Assembly: GCF_054482595.1 (NCBI RefSeq)
Contig: NZ_CM137008.1
Direction: 5' to 3' (one strand)
DNA length: 64,000 nucleotides
A program made the position numbers and the translations under genes. A model generated the notes under the pieces. It saw only the letters and a list, made by a program, of their open reading frames with translations. It had not been told where the DNA came from and made no database searches. Numbering within the stretch: the first letter of the stretch is position 1; each line of letters begins with the position of its first letter. Positions 8,928 to 16,807 of the stretch are shown one piece after another.

Positions 8928-10577
8928 CTAACCCTCCATACCGCTAATGGTGATCATGTCGTCGTCCGCTTTAGCGCGATAAACTCGCCGCCCACCAGCA
9001 TAAAACTTGATTTCGCTGCTGGATTTGGCCTGTTCAGTAATCAAATCAACGATTTCGTCCAGTAGAACAATGGCATTTTTATCGTATTTATTGGGGCGAT
9101 AGCCATTGTTTAATTTGTTCAAAAGTTCAAATAAATTAAGTCCGATACGAACTGGTAACAGAGAGTTTTGCCCAACTTTTAAATGCACGTCGAAGCCAGT
9201 AGGGTGGGCCGTATTTTTATTGCGGATGGCCTCCCAGTCAGGTTTCAATTCGACTGGCGCGGTTATTTTTACCCCACCATATTCACCTAAAAAGAACTCT
9301 TCTTTTTGCATACTCAATTCCGGCGCTTTGCGGTTTGCATAGCGCTGAATACCAGCAATAAGTTCGGATGTATAAAACCGGTTCAGTGCTTTTTTCTGCT
9401 CTGAGTCAGCGATGTAATTTTTGTGCAGATGCCAGATTTCTGAATAATGCTCAAATAAAGATTCATTGAAGAATACGGAAAATTTCTGATGATAATTATT
9501 CCCCAGAGATTCATCCTGCAGCAACCAGAAGAGCCGAATTAATGAAGCCGCATCACCCGGATTAACGCACTGGCGATCAAATCTAATGTGTAATGGCGCG
9601 AGTGCAGCTAAAAAATCATCCAGTTCAGGGTCAACCAGGCCCAATTCGTAGCGCAAAATAAACTGATCGATTTCATAGGTGTGCAGCCTAGCAGGATCAA
9701 AATCAGAAACTTTTTTAATCAGGTCGTTTTCTGCCCCAGTGAAAAGATTATCAAATAAATACCCCGGCCCCATAAGCAAATGATGCAGAAAATCCAATAG
9801 AGTTCGGGTTGTCACAAACTGATCTTTAATCAGGCGGGCCTTAAAGAGCTGAGTGATGAGAACATCCTGAACACCCGGCAGACAAAGTAATTTATAGTTA
9901 GCAACTTCTTTCAGCTCAGGGTTAACGGTCTCATCATGTCGAAAAATAAACTGAAACAAATTACTATCATCATTACGGGTTAAATTATCCAGTAATGTTT
10001 TAATAAACGATGAATACTGTTTTTTTTCATTAAACTGGAATTTAGGGTAATGCTCAAAGTCAAAAAAAGAACAATGCCCACTGCGGTATGGGCGGCTTTC
10101 TTCCTGATCTGCTGACAAGAAAGAATCGATCGCAGTGCGGATCGCCAGATGGCATTCAGCACCTTCTCTGGCAAAATTGGCGAGCATCCCGGTATTGATG
10201 CCTATAAGCAAAGGAGATGAGTATTGGTGATGATTGCTAAATAAATCATTTAAAGCATCAATAGCTGATTGCCGGGGAGCAAAGCTGTGTGTTGCATCCA
10301 GATGAAAACTAAAGCGCTGCTGATAACGAGGGTTTGACTTACAACGGGTCAAAATTTCGGACTTTCCATCACCACTACTGCCACACAAAAAGATGATTTC
10401 ACCGGGCTTAGCAACATCCAGATAACGTTGCAGCTCAGTTTCAATTTCTTGTTTAACAAAGAGTTGTTCTTTTAACTGATCGAACTCATCCTTTTGACGA
10501 TGCGTTACCGTGGTTACGGAAAACGAAGATGACTTCGCAAGTACACCCAACGCTTTACGTAATGTGATTGCGCTCAT
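8928..10577 (-). CDS. dptF: DptF/DndF-like P-loop ATPase (549 aa)
   Basis: 1650-bp ORF with Walker A-like motif FLCGSSGDGKSEI; first gene of the operon, preceded by an AT-rich 5' region. Confidence 0.7.
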   Translation of the reverse strand: MSAITLRKALGVLAKSSSFSVTTVTHRQKDEFDQLKEQLFVKQEIETELQRYLDVAKPGEIIFLCGSSGDGKSEILTRCKSNPRYQQRFSFHLDATHSFAPRQSAIDALNDLFSNHHQYSSPLLIGINTGMLANFAREGAECHLAIRTAIDSFLSADQEESRPYRSGHCSFFDFEHYPKFQFNEKKQYSSFIKTLLDNLTRNDDSNLFQFIFRHDETVNPELKEVANYKLLCLPGVQDVLITQLFKARLIKDQFVTTRTLLDFLHHLLMGPGYLFDNLFTGAENDLIKKVSDFDPARLHTYEIDQFILRYELGLVDPELDDFLAALAPLHIRFDRQCVNPGDAASLIRLFWLLQDESLGNNYHQKFSVFFNESLFEHYSEIWHLHKNYIADSEQKKALNRFYTSELIAGIQRYANRKAPELSMQKEEFFLGEYGGVKITAPVELKPDWEAIRNKNTAHPTGFDVHLKVGQNSLLPVRIGLNLFELLNKLNNGYRPNKYDKNAIVLLDEIVDLITEQAKSSSEIKFYAGGRRVYRAKADDDMITISGMEG

Positions 10578-10794
10578 AACTTCATGTTCTCAAAAGTAGG
10601 ATTATACCTATTCTATAAAAGCTATCCGCTGATATCTATAGGCACTTTGAGACATTTATTACGGGCAATTTTAAAATTGTATCTTTTCCATCCGTACACA
10701 AAACACATCCAGAGATGGCGGGGAAAATCCATCTATCAACCAGTTCCACTTTGGAAATTGCTTGATTAGTAGTATCTTAATCAAACACATACGC

Positions 10795-10975
10795 TAAATA
10801 TTACCCCCGATTGATTTTCGCATAGTCAAACAGCGTAATCGATCTCTCCCTATTCGCATCCAGAAAATCAGCCCACCATACTGCAAATCAGCTCGCGCTC
10901 ATCCAGATGTTCTGCCTTATGGATATACGCCCCCTTACCGATGTGACTCATCTGACGTTCAGCCGCTTTATCTCA
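10795..10975 (-). pseudogene. Decayed 3' fragment of a P4-type integrase gene (remnant of a second int copy)
   Basis: About 180 bp with roughly 75-80 percent identity (by eye) to the 3' end of the intact integrase gene at about 13930-14110 (for example gcatccagaaaatc...ttatggatatacgc...ctcatctgacgttca shared); same orientation; 5' two-thirds of the gene absent. Confidence 0.6.
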
Positions 10976-11072
10976 TGTTGTTCTGGTCTCAATACTTCCA
11001 TGCCGTTGCAATTACCTCTTAAACCAGCCCTTACCATTTTTATGGGTACGATAAGAAAACTTTATCGGGCAC

Positions 11073-11103
11073 GATCGATTTTATCGATCGATTCGATCGA
11101 AAA
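11073..11103 (+). promoter_or_regulatory. Cluster of three GATC sites inside tandem tcgatcgat-like repeats, about 90-115 bp upstream of the outer-membrane protein gene
   Basis: GATC at 11073-11076, 11086-11089 and 11095-11098, each inside CGATCG; read directly from sequence. Regulatory role is hypothetical. Confidence 0.3.
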
Positions 11104-11189
11104 CATTCCTTTTACCTTATCTTTTTCATGGTCTTAGAATGAGCAACCCCATTTATCGTTCGGGGAAAGTGATAGCGGAGATGATTGAA

Positions 11190-11930
11190 ATGAATAAGGT
11201 TATTGCGGTTTCAGCGCTTGCCATGGCAGGCATGTTTTCGACCCAGGCTCTGGCTGATGAAAGCAAAACAGGCTTTTATGTGACCGGTAAAGCAGGTGCT
11301 TCTGTTATGTCACTTGCAGACCAGCGTTTCCTGTCGGGGGATGGAGAGGAAACATCAAAATATAAAGGCGGTGATGGCCATGATACGGTATTCAGTGGCG
11401 GTATCGCGGCCGGTTATGATTTTTACCCGCAGTTCAGTATTCCGGTTCGTACGGAACTGGAGTTTTACGCTCGTGGAAAAGCTGATTCGAAGTATAACGT
11501 AGATAAAGACAGCTGGTCAGGCGGTTACTGGCGTGATGACCTGAAGAATGAGGTGTCAGTCAACACACTGATGCTGAATGCGTACTATGACTTCCGGAAT
11601 GACAGTGCATTCACACCATGGGTATCTGCAGGGATTGGCTACGCCAGAATTCACCAGAAAACAACCGGTATCAGTACCTGGGATTATGGGTACGGAAGCA
11701 GTGGTCGCGAATCGTTGTCACGTTCAGGCTCTGCTGACAACTTCGCATGGAGCCTTGGCGCGGGTGTCCGCTATGACGTAACCCCGGATATCGCTCTGGA
11801 CCTCAGCTATCGCTATCTTGATGCAGGTGATAGCAGTGTGAGTTACAAGGACGAGTGGGGCGATAAATATAAGTCAGAAGTTGATGTTAAAAGTCATGAC
11901 ATCCTGCTTGGTGTGACTTATAACTTCTGA
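11190..11930 (+). CDS. Outer-membrane beta-barrel protein, Hek/Tia/Hra-like adhesin/invasin family suspected (about 246 aa precursor)
   Basis: Start chosen at internal ATG 11190 preceded by GGAG at -12; typical signal peptide MNKVIAVSALAMAGMFSTQALA then DESK; alternating aromatic/glycine-rich beta-strand pattern; C-terminal YNF with terminal Phe typical of OMP beta-barrels. Family name is from memory only. Confidence 0.65.
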   Translation: MNKVIAVSALAMAGMFSTQALADESKTGFYVTGKAGASVMSLADQRFLSGDGEETSKYKGGDGHDTVFSGGIAAGYDFYPQFSIPVRTELEFYARGKADSKYNVDKDSWSGGYWRDDLKNEVSVNTLMLNAYYDFRNDSAFTPWVSAGIGYARIHQKTTGISTWDYGYGSSGRESLSRSGSADNFAWSLGAGVRYDVTPDIALDLSYRYLDAGDSSVSYKDEWGDKYKSEVDVKSHDILLGVTYNF

Positions 11931-12103
11931 CGACACTGCTCCTGAACGATAATACGTATATTTAGCAATTAAGATAATTGCGTATCTTCTGCAATTAAAC
12001 AGAAATACCCTGCAGTCTATTACTGCAGGGTTATCTGTTTCACAGATAATTTCTGATTTTTATTATCCTGTTCTCTTCATCATAATGTTGTCGATATACT
12101 CCG

Positions 12104-13603
12104 ATGAATATCAGAAAACTGTTTTGTCCGGGAAACACACCCCGGATTTTATTGTTTTTATTCTTTTTTGTTGTTTCTGCAATAACCACAATTGCATGCG
12201 GATACACTGAGAAGAATGCCACAGGAAATGTGCTGCTTCTGTTTCTCCTTCTTCTCCTTGCACACAGAAATACCCTCACATCCATTACAGCGCTGTTATT
12301 TCTGTTCTGTTGTGCACTGTATGCGCCTGCGGGTATGACGTACGGTAAAATCAACAACAGTTTTATTGTCGCGTTGCTGCAGACCACGGCTGATGAGGCT
12401 GCAGAGTTTACCGGGATGATTCCTGTTTATCATTTTCTGGTCAGTGCCGCGATTCTGGTATTCATGGTGATTTTCTGGCGGACACACCACCGCGGTCACC
12501 GTAACTGGCTGGCACTGCTGCTATTCGTATTATGCTCTGTAAACAGCTGGCCGTTGCGGATGGTTAAAGGAACTGTTGTGGGGACAACTGACACATTGCG
12601 TGAAATGCAGCGTTATAAACAACTGAGTCAGCACGGGGCTGATAACTGGAAAATCCTGCCGGGTGTGCCGTTGTATGACACGATTGTTATCGTTACTGGT
12701 GAGAGTGTGCGCAGGGATTATATGTCGGTATATGGCTATCCCGTGCCAACCACGCCGTGGCTGAATACTGCTCCCGGTTTATTTATTGACGGCTATACAT
12801 CGACAGCAGCCAGTACCGTACCTTCCCTGAGCCGGACACTGATTTATGACTATGAGCAGAACCCTGACTCCGGCAACAACGTGGTGGCGCTGGCAGCAAA
12901 AGCAGGATACAGCACATGGTGGATATCCAATCAGGGAAAACTGGGAGAGCATGACACACGCATCTCTGTTATTGCTTCTGATGCGGAGCATACCGTTTTC
13001 CTCAAGAAAGGCAGCTTCGCTTCCCGTAAAACGGATGACATGTTGTTGTTACAGGAAACAGAACGTGCGCTGGCGGATAAATCCTCGCCGAAGGTGATTT
13101 TCCTGCACATGATTGGCTCTCATCCGAATCCGTGTGACCGACTTAACTCCTGGCCGAATTATTACCTGGAGCAGTATCCCCGAAAGATTGCCTGTTACCT
13201 CGCCAGCATCAGTAAACTGGATAACTTTCTCGGTCAGCTTGATGGTATCCTTCGCCGGCATTCCCGTCACTTTGCAATGCTTTACTTTTCTGACCATGGG
13301 CTGTCGGTCAGCGACAGTGCTAATCCTGTTCATCATGATGGTCATGTGCAGGGGGGCTACAGCGTTCCCCTGATTATTACCGCCAGTGACATCACGTCTC
13401 ATCAGTCCGTCAGCAGGAAAATCAGTGCCCGTAATTTCGCAGGCATTTTTCAGTGGCTGACCGGTATTCGTACCGAAAATATAACGCCATTCAATCCGCT
13501 GACAGACGAAGATAATGAACCCGTTATGGTTTTTAACGGAGAGAAAAATGTGCCGGCAGACAGTCTGAAACCGCAGCCACTTATTCTTCCGGACCACAGG
13601 TAA
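12104..13603 (+). CDS. Inner-membrane sulfatase-family / phosphoethanolamine transferase-like protein (YhbX/YjgX-like, 499 aa)
   Basis: N-terminal hydrophobic helices followed by a periplasmic domain with motifs IVTGESVRRDY, HMIGSHPNP and LYFSDHG, typical of the alkaline-phosphatase-superfamily PEA transferases; position next to the leuX integrase matches the K-12 yjgX locus. Confidence 0.6.
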   Translation: MNIRKLFCPGNTPRILLFLFFFVVSAITTIACGYTEKNATGNVLLLFLLLLLAHRNTLTSITALLFLFCCALYAPAGMTYGKINNSFIVALLQTTADEAAEFTGMIPVYHFLVSAAILVFMVIFWRTHHRGHRNWLALLLFVLCSVNSWPLRMVKGTVVGTTDTLREMQRYKQLSQHGADNWKILPGVPLYDTIVIVTGESVRRDYMSVYGYPVPTTPWLNTAPGLFIDGYTSTAASTVPSLSRTLIYDYEQNPDSGNNVVALAAKAGYSTWWISNQGKLGEHDTRISVIASDAEHTVFLKKGSFASRKTDDMLLLQETERALADKSSPKVIFLHMIGSHPNPCDRLNSWPNYYLEQYPRKIACYLASISKLDNFLGQLDGILRRHSRHFAMLYFSDHGLSVSDSANPVHHDGHVQGGYSVPLIITASDITSHQSVSRKISARNFAGIFQWLTGIRTENITPFNPLTDEDNEPVMVFNGEKNVPADSLKPQPLILPDHR

Positions 13604-13926
13604 TCATATATGGCAAACTGTAATACAGTCTCTTGTACTGAAAAGGATTCTGTATAGAATAGAACCTGTATTCATATCAGCACAAGGGACCACCAAATCC
13701 CGGCAACATTCCTTACGTCAGTTATCCCGCATCACCCTGTGGGTGCGGGATTTTTTATGATGTTTCTTTTTATTGAATATATATAAATAACGAATAACTG
13801 CGGATTCTGATAATCCACCTGCAGGGAGCAATCCGGTAAACATTTAATACATCAGTTAATATCGTTTTGCCTTTTTAACAAAGAAAATATTCATGGAGTA
13901 AGTTCCCGGGCATTTGCCCGGGATGA

Positions 13927-15192
13927 TTACTGTTTTAATGGATTATTAATCTTTGCATATTCAAATGGACTGATAAATTTTTCTCTGTTTGCATCCAGAA
14001 AATCGGCCCACCATTGTAGCATCAAGCGGCGTTCTTCCAGATGCTCTGCTTTATGGATATACGCGGCCCTCACTGAATTTCGCTCCATGTGGCTCATCTG
14101 ACGTTCAACAGCATCACGAGACCACAAACCTGATTCGACCAATGAACTACAGGCCATTGTTCGAAAGCCATGACCACAAACCTCTACTTTTGTATCATAC
14201 CCCATGACCCGTAACGCACTATTTACCGTATTCTCACTCATGGGTTTGTGCGAATCGTGATCACCAATAAATATCAAGTCATGGGCCCCACAAAACTGTT
14301 TTATCTGCTTTAAAATTGCAAGAGCTTGCGTTGAAAGAGGCACTAGATGCGTTGTACGCATTTTTGAGCCTCTATGGGAATGTTTCACTCCAGGAATAGG
14401 CTCCCGCTCCGGTGGGATAGTCCATATAGACGCTTCGAAATCGATCTCTGACCAACGAGCAAAACGCAGCTCACTGGACCGAATAAAGATCAGCAAAGAG
14501 AGTTCTGTCGCCCATCGGGTTAGCGGCCTACCAGTATAGCTATCTATTTTTGTAAGCAACTCAGGGATGCGCTTTAATTCAAGCGCGGGACGATGTTGTC
14601 GATTACAGGAAGCAACCGCCCCAGCCATCTCTTGTGCCGGGTTATAATCAATTAACCCACTTTGCACTGCATAGCGCATGATGGCTGTAGTGCGCTGCTG
14701 AAGACGAGCGGCCACTTCAAGACGTCCAGACATTTCTACGGCCTTAATGGGTGCTAATAAATCTCGAGTTTTTAACTCAGCGATATTACGTTCACCAAGC
14801 GCTGCAAAAAGATTATCTTCCAGACTTTTTAGCACACGATGGGCGTGATCTTCAGACCACTTTTTATTGGTGCCATGCCACTCAATCGCGACTTCTTTAA
14901 AGGTTCGTGCTTTACTCTGTTCAACCTTATCATTTTTCTTTTTGTCTCCCGGATCGACGCCATTCGCAAGCAGCTTACGCGCCTCGTCACGACGTACTCT
15001 GGCATCCGCTAGTGTGATTTCAGGATAAACCCCAAGTGCCAGCATTTTTTGCTTTCCCTCATAACGGTACTGCAAACGCCAGTACTTAGAACCATTTGGA
15101 TGGACAAGCAGATGCATACCGCCACCATCAGTCAGCTTATATTGCTTATCCGTTGGCTTGGCTGCTCTGACTTTGATATCTGTTAATGCCAT
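13927..15192 (-). CDS. intB: P4-type tyrosine recombinase/integrase (IntB-like, 421 aa)
   Basis: Translation MALTDIKVRAAKPTDKQYKLTDGGGMHLLVHPNGSKYWRLQYRY... is a typical P4-family integrase N-terminus, with C-terminal catalytic region motifs (HGFR, Y near the C-terminus); start is adjacent to the 3' end of tRNA-Leu. Confidence 0.85.
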   Translation of the reverse strand: MALTDIKVRAAKPTDKQYKLTDGGGMHLLVHPNGSKYWRLQYRYEGKQKMLALGVYPEITLADARVRRDEARKLLANGVDPGDKKKNDKVEQSKARTFKEVAIEWHGTNKKWSEDHAHRVLKSLEDNLFAALGERNIAELKTRDLLAPIKAVEMSGRLEVAARLQQRTTAIMRYAVQSGLIDYNPAQEMAGAVASCNRQHRPALELKRIPELLTKIDSYTGRPLTRWATELSLLIFIRSSELRFARWSEIDFEASIWTIPPEREPIPGVKHSHRGSKMRTTHLVPLSTQALAILKQIKQFCGAHDLIFIGDHDSHKPMSENTVNSALRVMGYDTKVEVCGHGFRTMACSSLVESGLWSRDAVERQMSHMERNSVRAAYIHKAEHLEERRLMLQWWADFLDANREKFISPFEYAKINNPLKQ

Positions 15193-15207
15193 GCGTATTC
15201 CCTCCCT

Positions 15208-15265
15208 GTTGGTACAAGCATTATCGAACCGGAAATACCATCATCTGTACCAACATATGTTGGTA
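15208..15265 (-). promoter_or_regulatory. Repeated TGTTGGTA motif: perfect 18-bp palindrome taccaacatatgttggta (15248-15265) plus a third copy (15208-15217) upstream of int; candidate integrase/regulator binding sites in the int promoter-att region
   Basis: Motifs read directly from sequence between the int start codon (15192) and the leuX terminator. Confidence 0.3.
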
Positions 15266-15341
15266 GATGTACGTTGATATCGGTTGACCTTGAGAGAGTT
15301 AATATAGCGGGAAAGGTAGATAAACACTGGATTTCAGGCAT

Positions 15342-15366
15342 AAAAAAAGACCTCAGTTGAGGTCTA
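15342..15366 (-). terminator. Rho-independent terminator of leuX
   Basis: Hairpin agacctcagttgaggtct followed on the minus strand by a U-run (plus-strand A7 at 15342-15348), immediately 3' of the tRNA. Confidence 0.6.
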
Positions 15367-15378
15367 TTTACATACTTT

Positions 15379-15463
15379 TGGTGCCGAAGGCCGGACTCGA
15401 ACCGGCACGTATTTCTACGGTTGATTTTGAATCAACTGCGTCTACCGATTTCGCCACTTCGGC
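15379..15463 (-). tRNA. leuX: tRNA-Leu (anticodon CAA), leuX
   Basis: Minus-strand 85-nt sequence GCCGAAGTGGCGAAATCGGTAGACGCAGTTGATTCAAAATCAACCGTAGAAATACGTGCCGGTTCGAGTCCGGCCTTCGGCACCA, recognised as leuX with encoded CCA; P4-type integrase immediately 3'. Confidence 0.9.
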
Positions 15464-15658
15464 ACTGAAGAGGTATGCGGAAAACGTTGTGGATTATACC
15501 TGTCGCACGCCACCATGCAAGCGCCAGCTTGCTCGCACCTCGCTAAGTGCTGAAATTTTCAGCATTGCATACAGCGATGTGTAACCTTTGTCACACTCCA
15601 GGCACCCCGCCCTGCCATGCTCTACACTTCCCAGACAACACCAGAGAAGGACCAAAAA

Positions 15659-16678
15659 ATGTCGATGATAAAAAGCTATGCCGCAAAAGAAGCAGGCGGC
15701 GAATTGGAAGTTTATGAGTACGATCCCGGTGAACTGAAGCCATAAGATGTTGAAGTGCAGGTGGATTACTGCGGGATCTGCCATTCCGATCTGTCGATGA
15801 TCGATAACGAATGGGGATTTTCACAATATCCGCTGGTTGCCGGGCATGAGGTGATTGGGCGCGTGGTGGCACTCGGGAGCGCCGCGCAGGATAAAGGTTT
15901 GCAGGTCGGTCAGCGTGTCGGGATTGGCTGGACGGCGCGTAGCTGTGGTCACTGCGACGCCTGTATTAGCGGTAATCAGATCAACTGCGAGCAAGGTGCG
16001 GTGCCGACGATTATGAATCGCGGTGGCTTTGCCGAGAAGTTACGTGCGGACTGGCAATGGGTGATTCCACTGCCAGAAAATATTGATATCGAGTCCGCCG
16101 GGCCGCTGTTGTGCGGCGGTATCACGGTCTTTAAACCACTGTTGATGCACCATATCACTGCTACCAGCCGCGTTGGGGTAATTGGTATTGGCGGGCTGGG
16201 GCATATCGCTATAAAACTTCTGCACGCAATGGGATGCGAGGTGACGGCCTTTAGTTCTAATCCGGCGAAAGAGCAGGAAGTACTGGCGATGGGTGCCGAT
16301 AAAGTGGTGAATAGCCGCGATCCGCAGGCACTGAAAGCCCTGTCGGGGCAGTTTGATCTCATTATCAATACTGTGAACGTCAGCCTCGACTGGCAGCCTT
16401 ATTTTGAGGCGCTGACCTATGGCGGTAATTTCCATACAGTCGGTGCGGTTCTCACGCCGTTGCCGGTTCCGGCCTTTACGCTGATTGCGGGCGATCGCAG
16501 TGTCTCTGGCTCTGCTACCGGTACACCTTATGAGTTGCGTAAGCTGATGCGCTTTGCCGCCCGCAGCAAGGTTGCGCCGACTACCGAACTGTTCCCGATG
16601 TCGAAAATTAACGACGCCATCCAGCATGTGCGCGACGGTAAGGCGCGTTACCGCGTGGTTCTGAAAGCTGACTTCTGA
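15659..16678 (+). pseudogene. ahr: Zinc-dependent aldehyde reductase Ahr (YjgB) with in-frame TAA at codon 29 (15743-15745)
   Basis: ATG at 15659 gives [28 protein letters not shown] then TAA, then the frame continues [16 protein letters not shown]... through the full MDR-family alcohol dehydrogenase to 16678; the ORF track only picks up from GTG 15755. Confidence 0.65.
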
Positions 16679-16807
16679 TCTCTTTGCCGGGTGCCTGTCG
16701 CCCGGCACTTAAATCTCTTTGGAAGGCGTCTCGCAATCTGCTGAATTTAGCGGTGAAGAGTGCGCAGCCGTTGCCTATACTCCAGGCAGGAAACTGGAGG
16801 AAATCTC

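Noticed and set aside
10907-11137. 76-aa plus-strand ORF upstream of the OMP gene
   Set aside because: Overlaps the integrase remnant on the opposite strand and the GATC repeat region; no RBS; more likely non-coding promoter DNA.
12040-12387. 115-aa minus-strand ORF overlapping the start of the PEA-transferase-like gene
   Set aside because: Antisense to the 5' end of a gene with strong family motifs; no supporting signals.
13604-13926. Possible small gene (for example AlpA-like regulator) between the PEA-transferase-like gene and int
   Set aside because: No ORF of meaningful length with a start and RBS; the region contains hairpins (cccgcatcaccctgtgggtgcggg with T-run; cccgggcatttgcccggg) more consistent with terminators.
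1-15378. Insertion sequences or transposase genes within the island
   Set aside because: No ORF in the island resembles a transposase and no terminal inverted repeats were seen; the only mobility gene is the tyrosine integrase plus its decayed copy.
16040-16708. 222-aa and 130-aa minus-strand ORFs
   Set aside because: Antisense to ahr; no start context; shadow ORFs.
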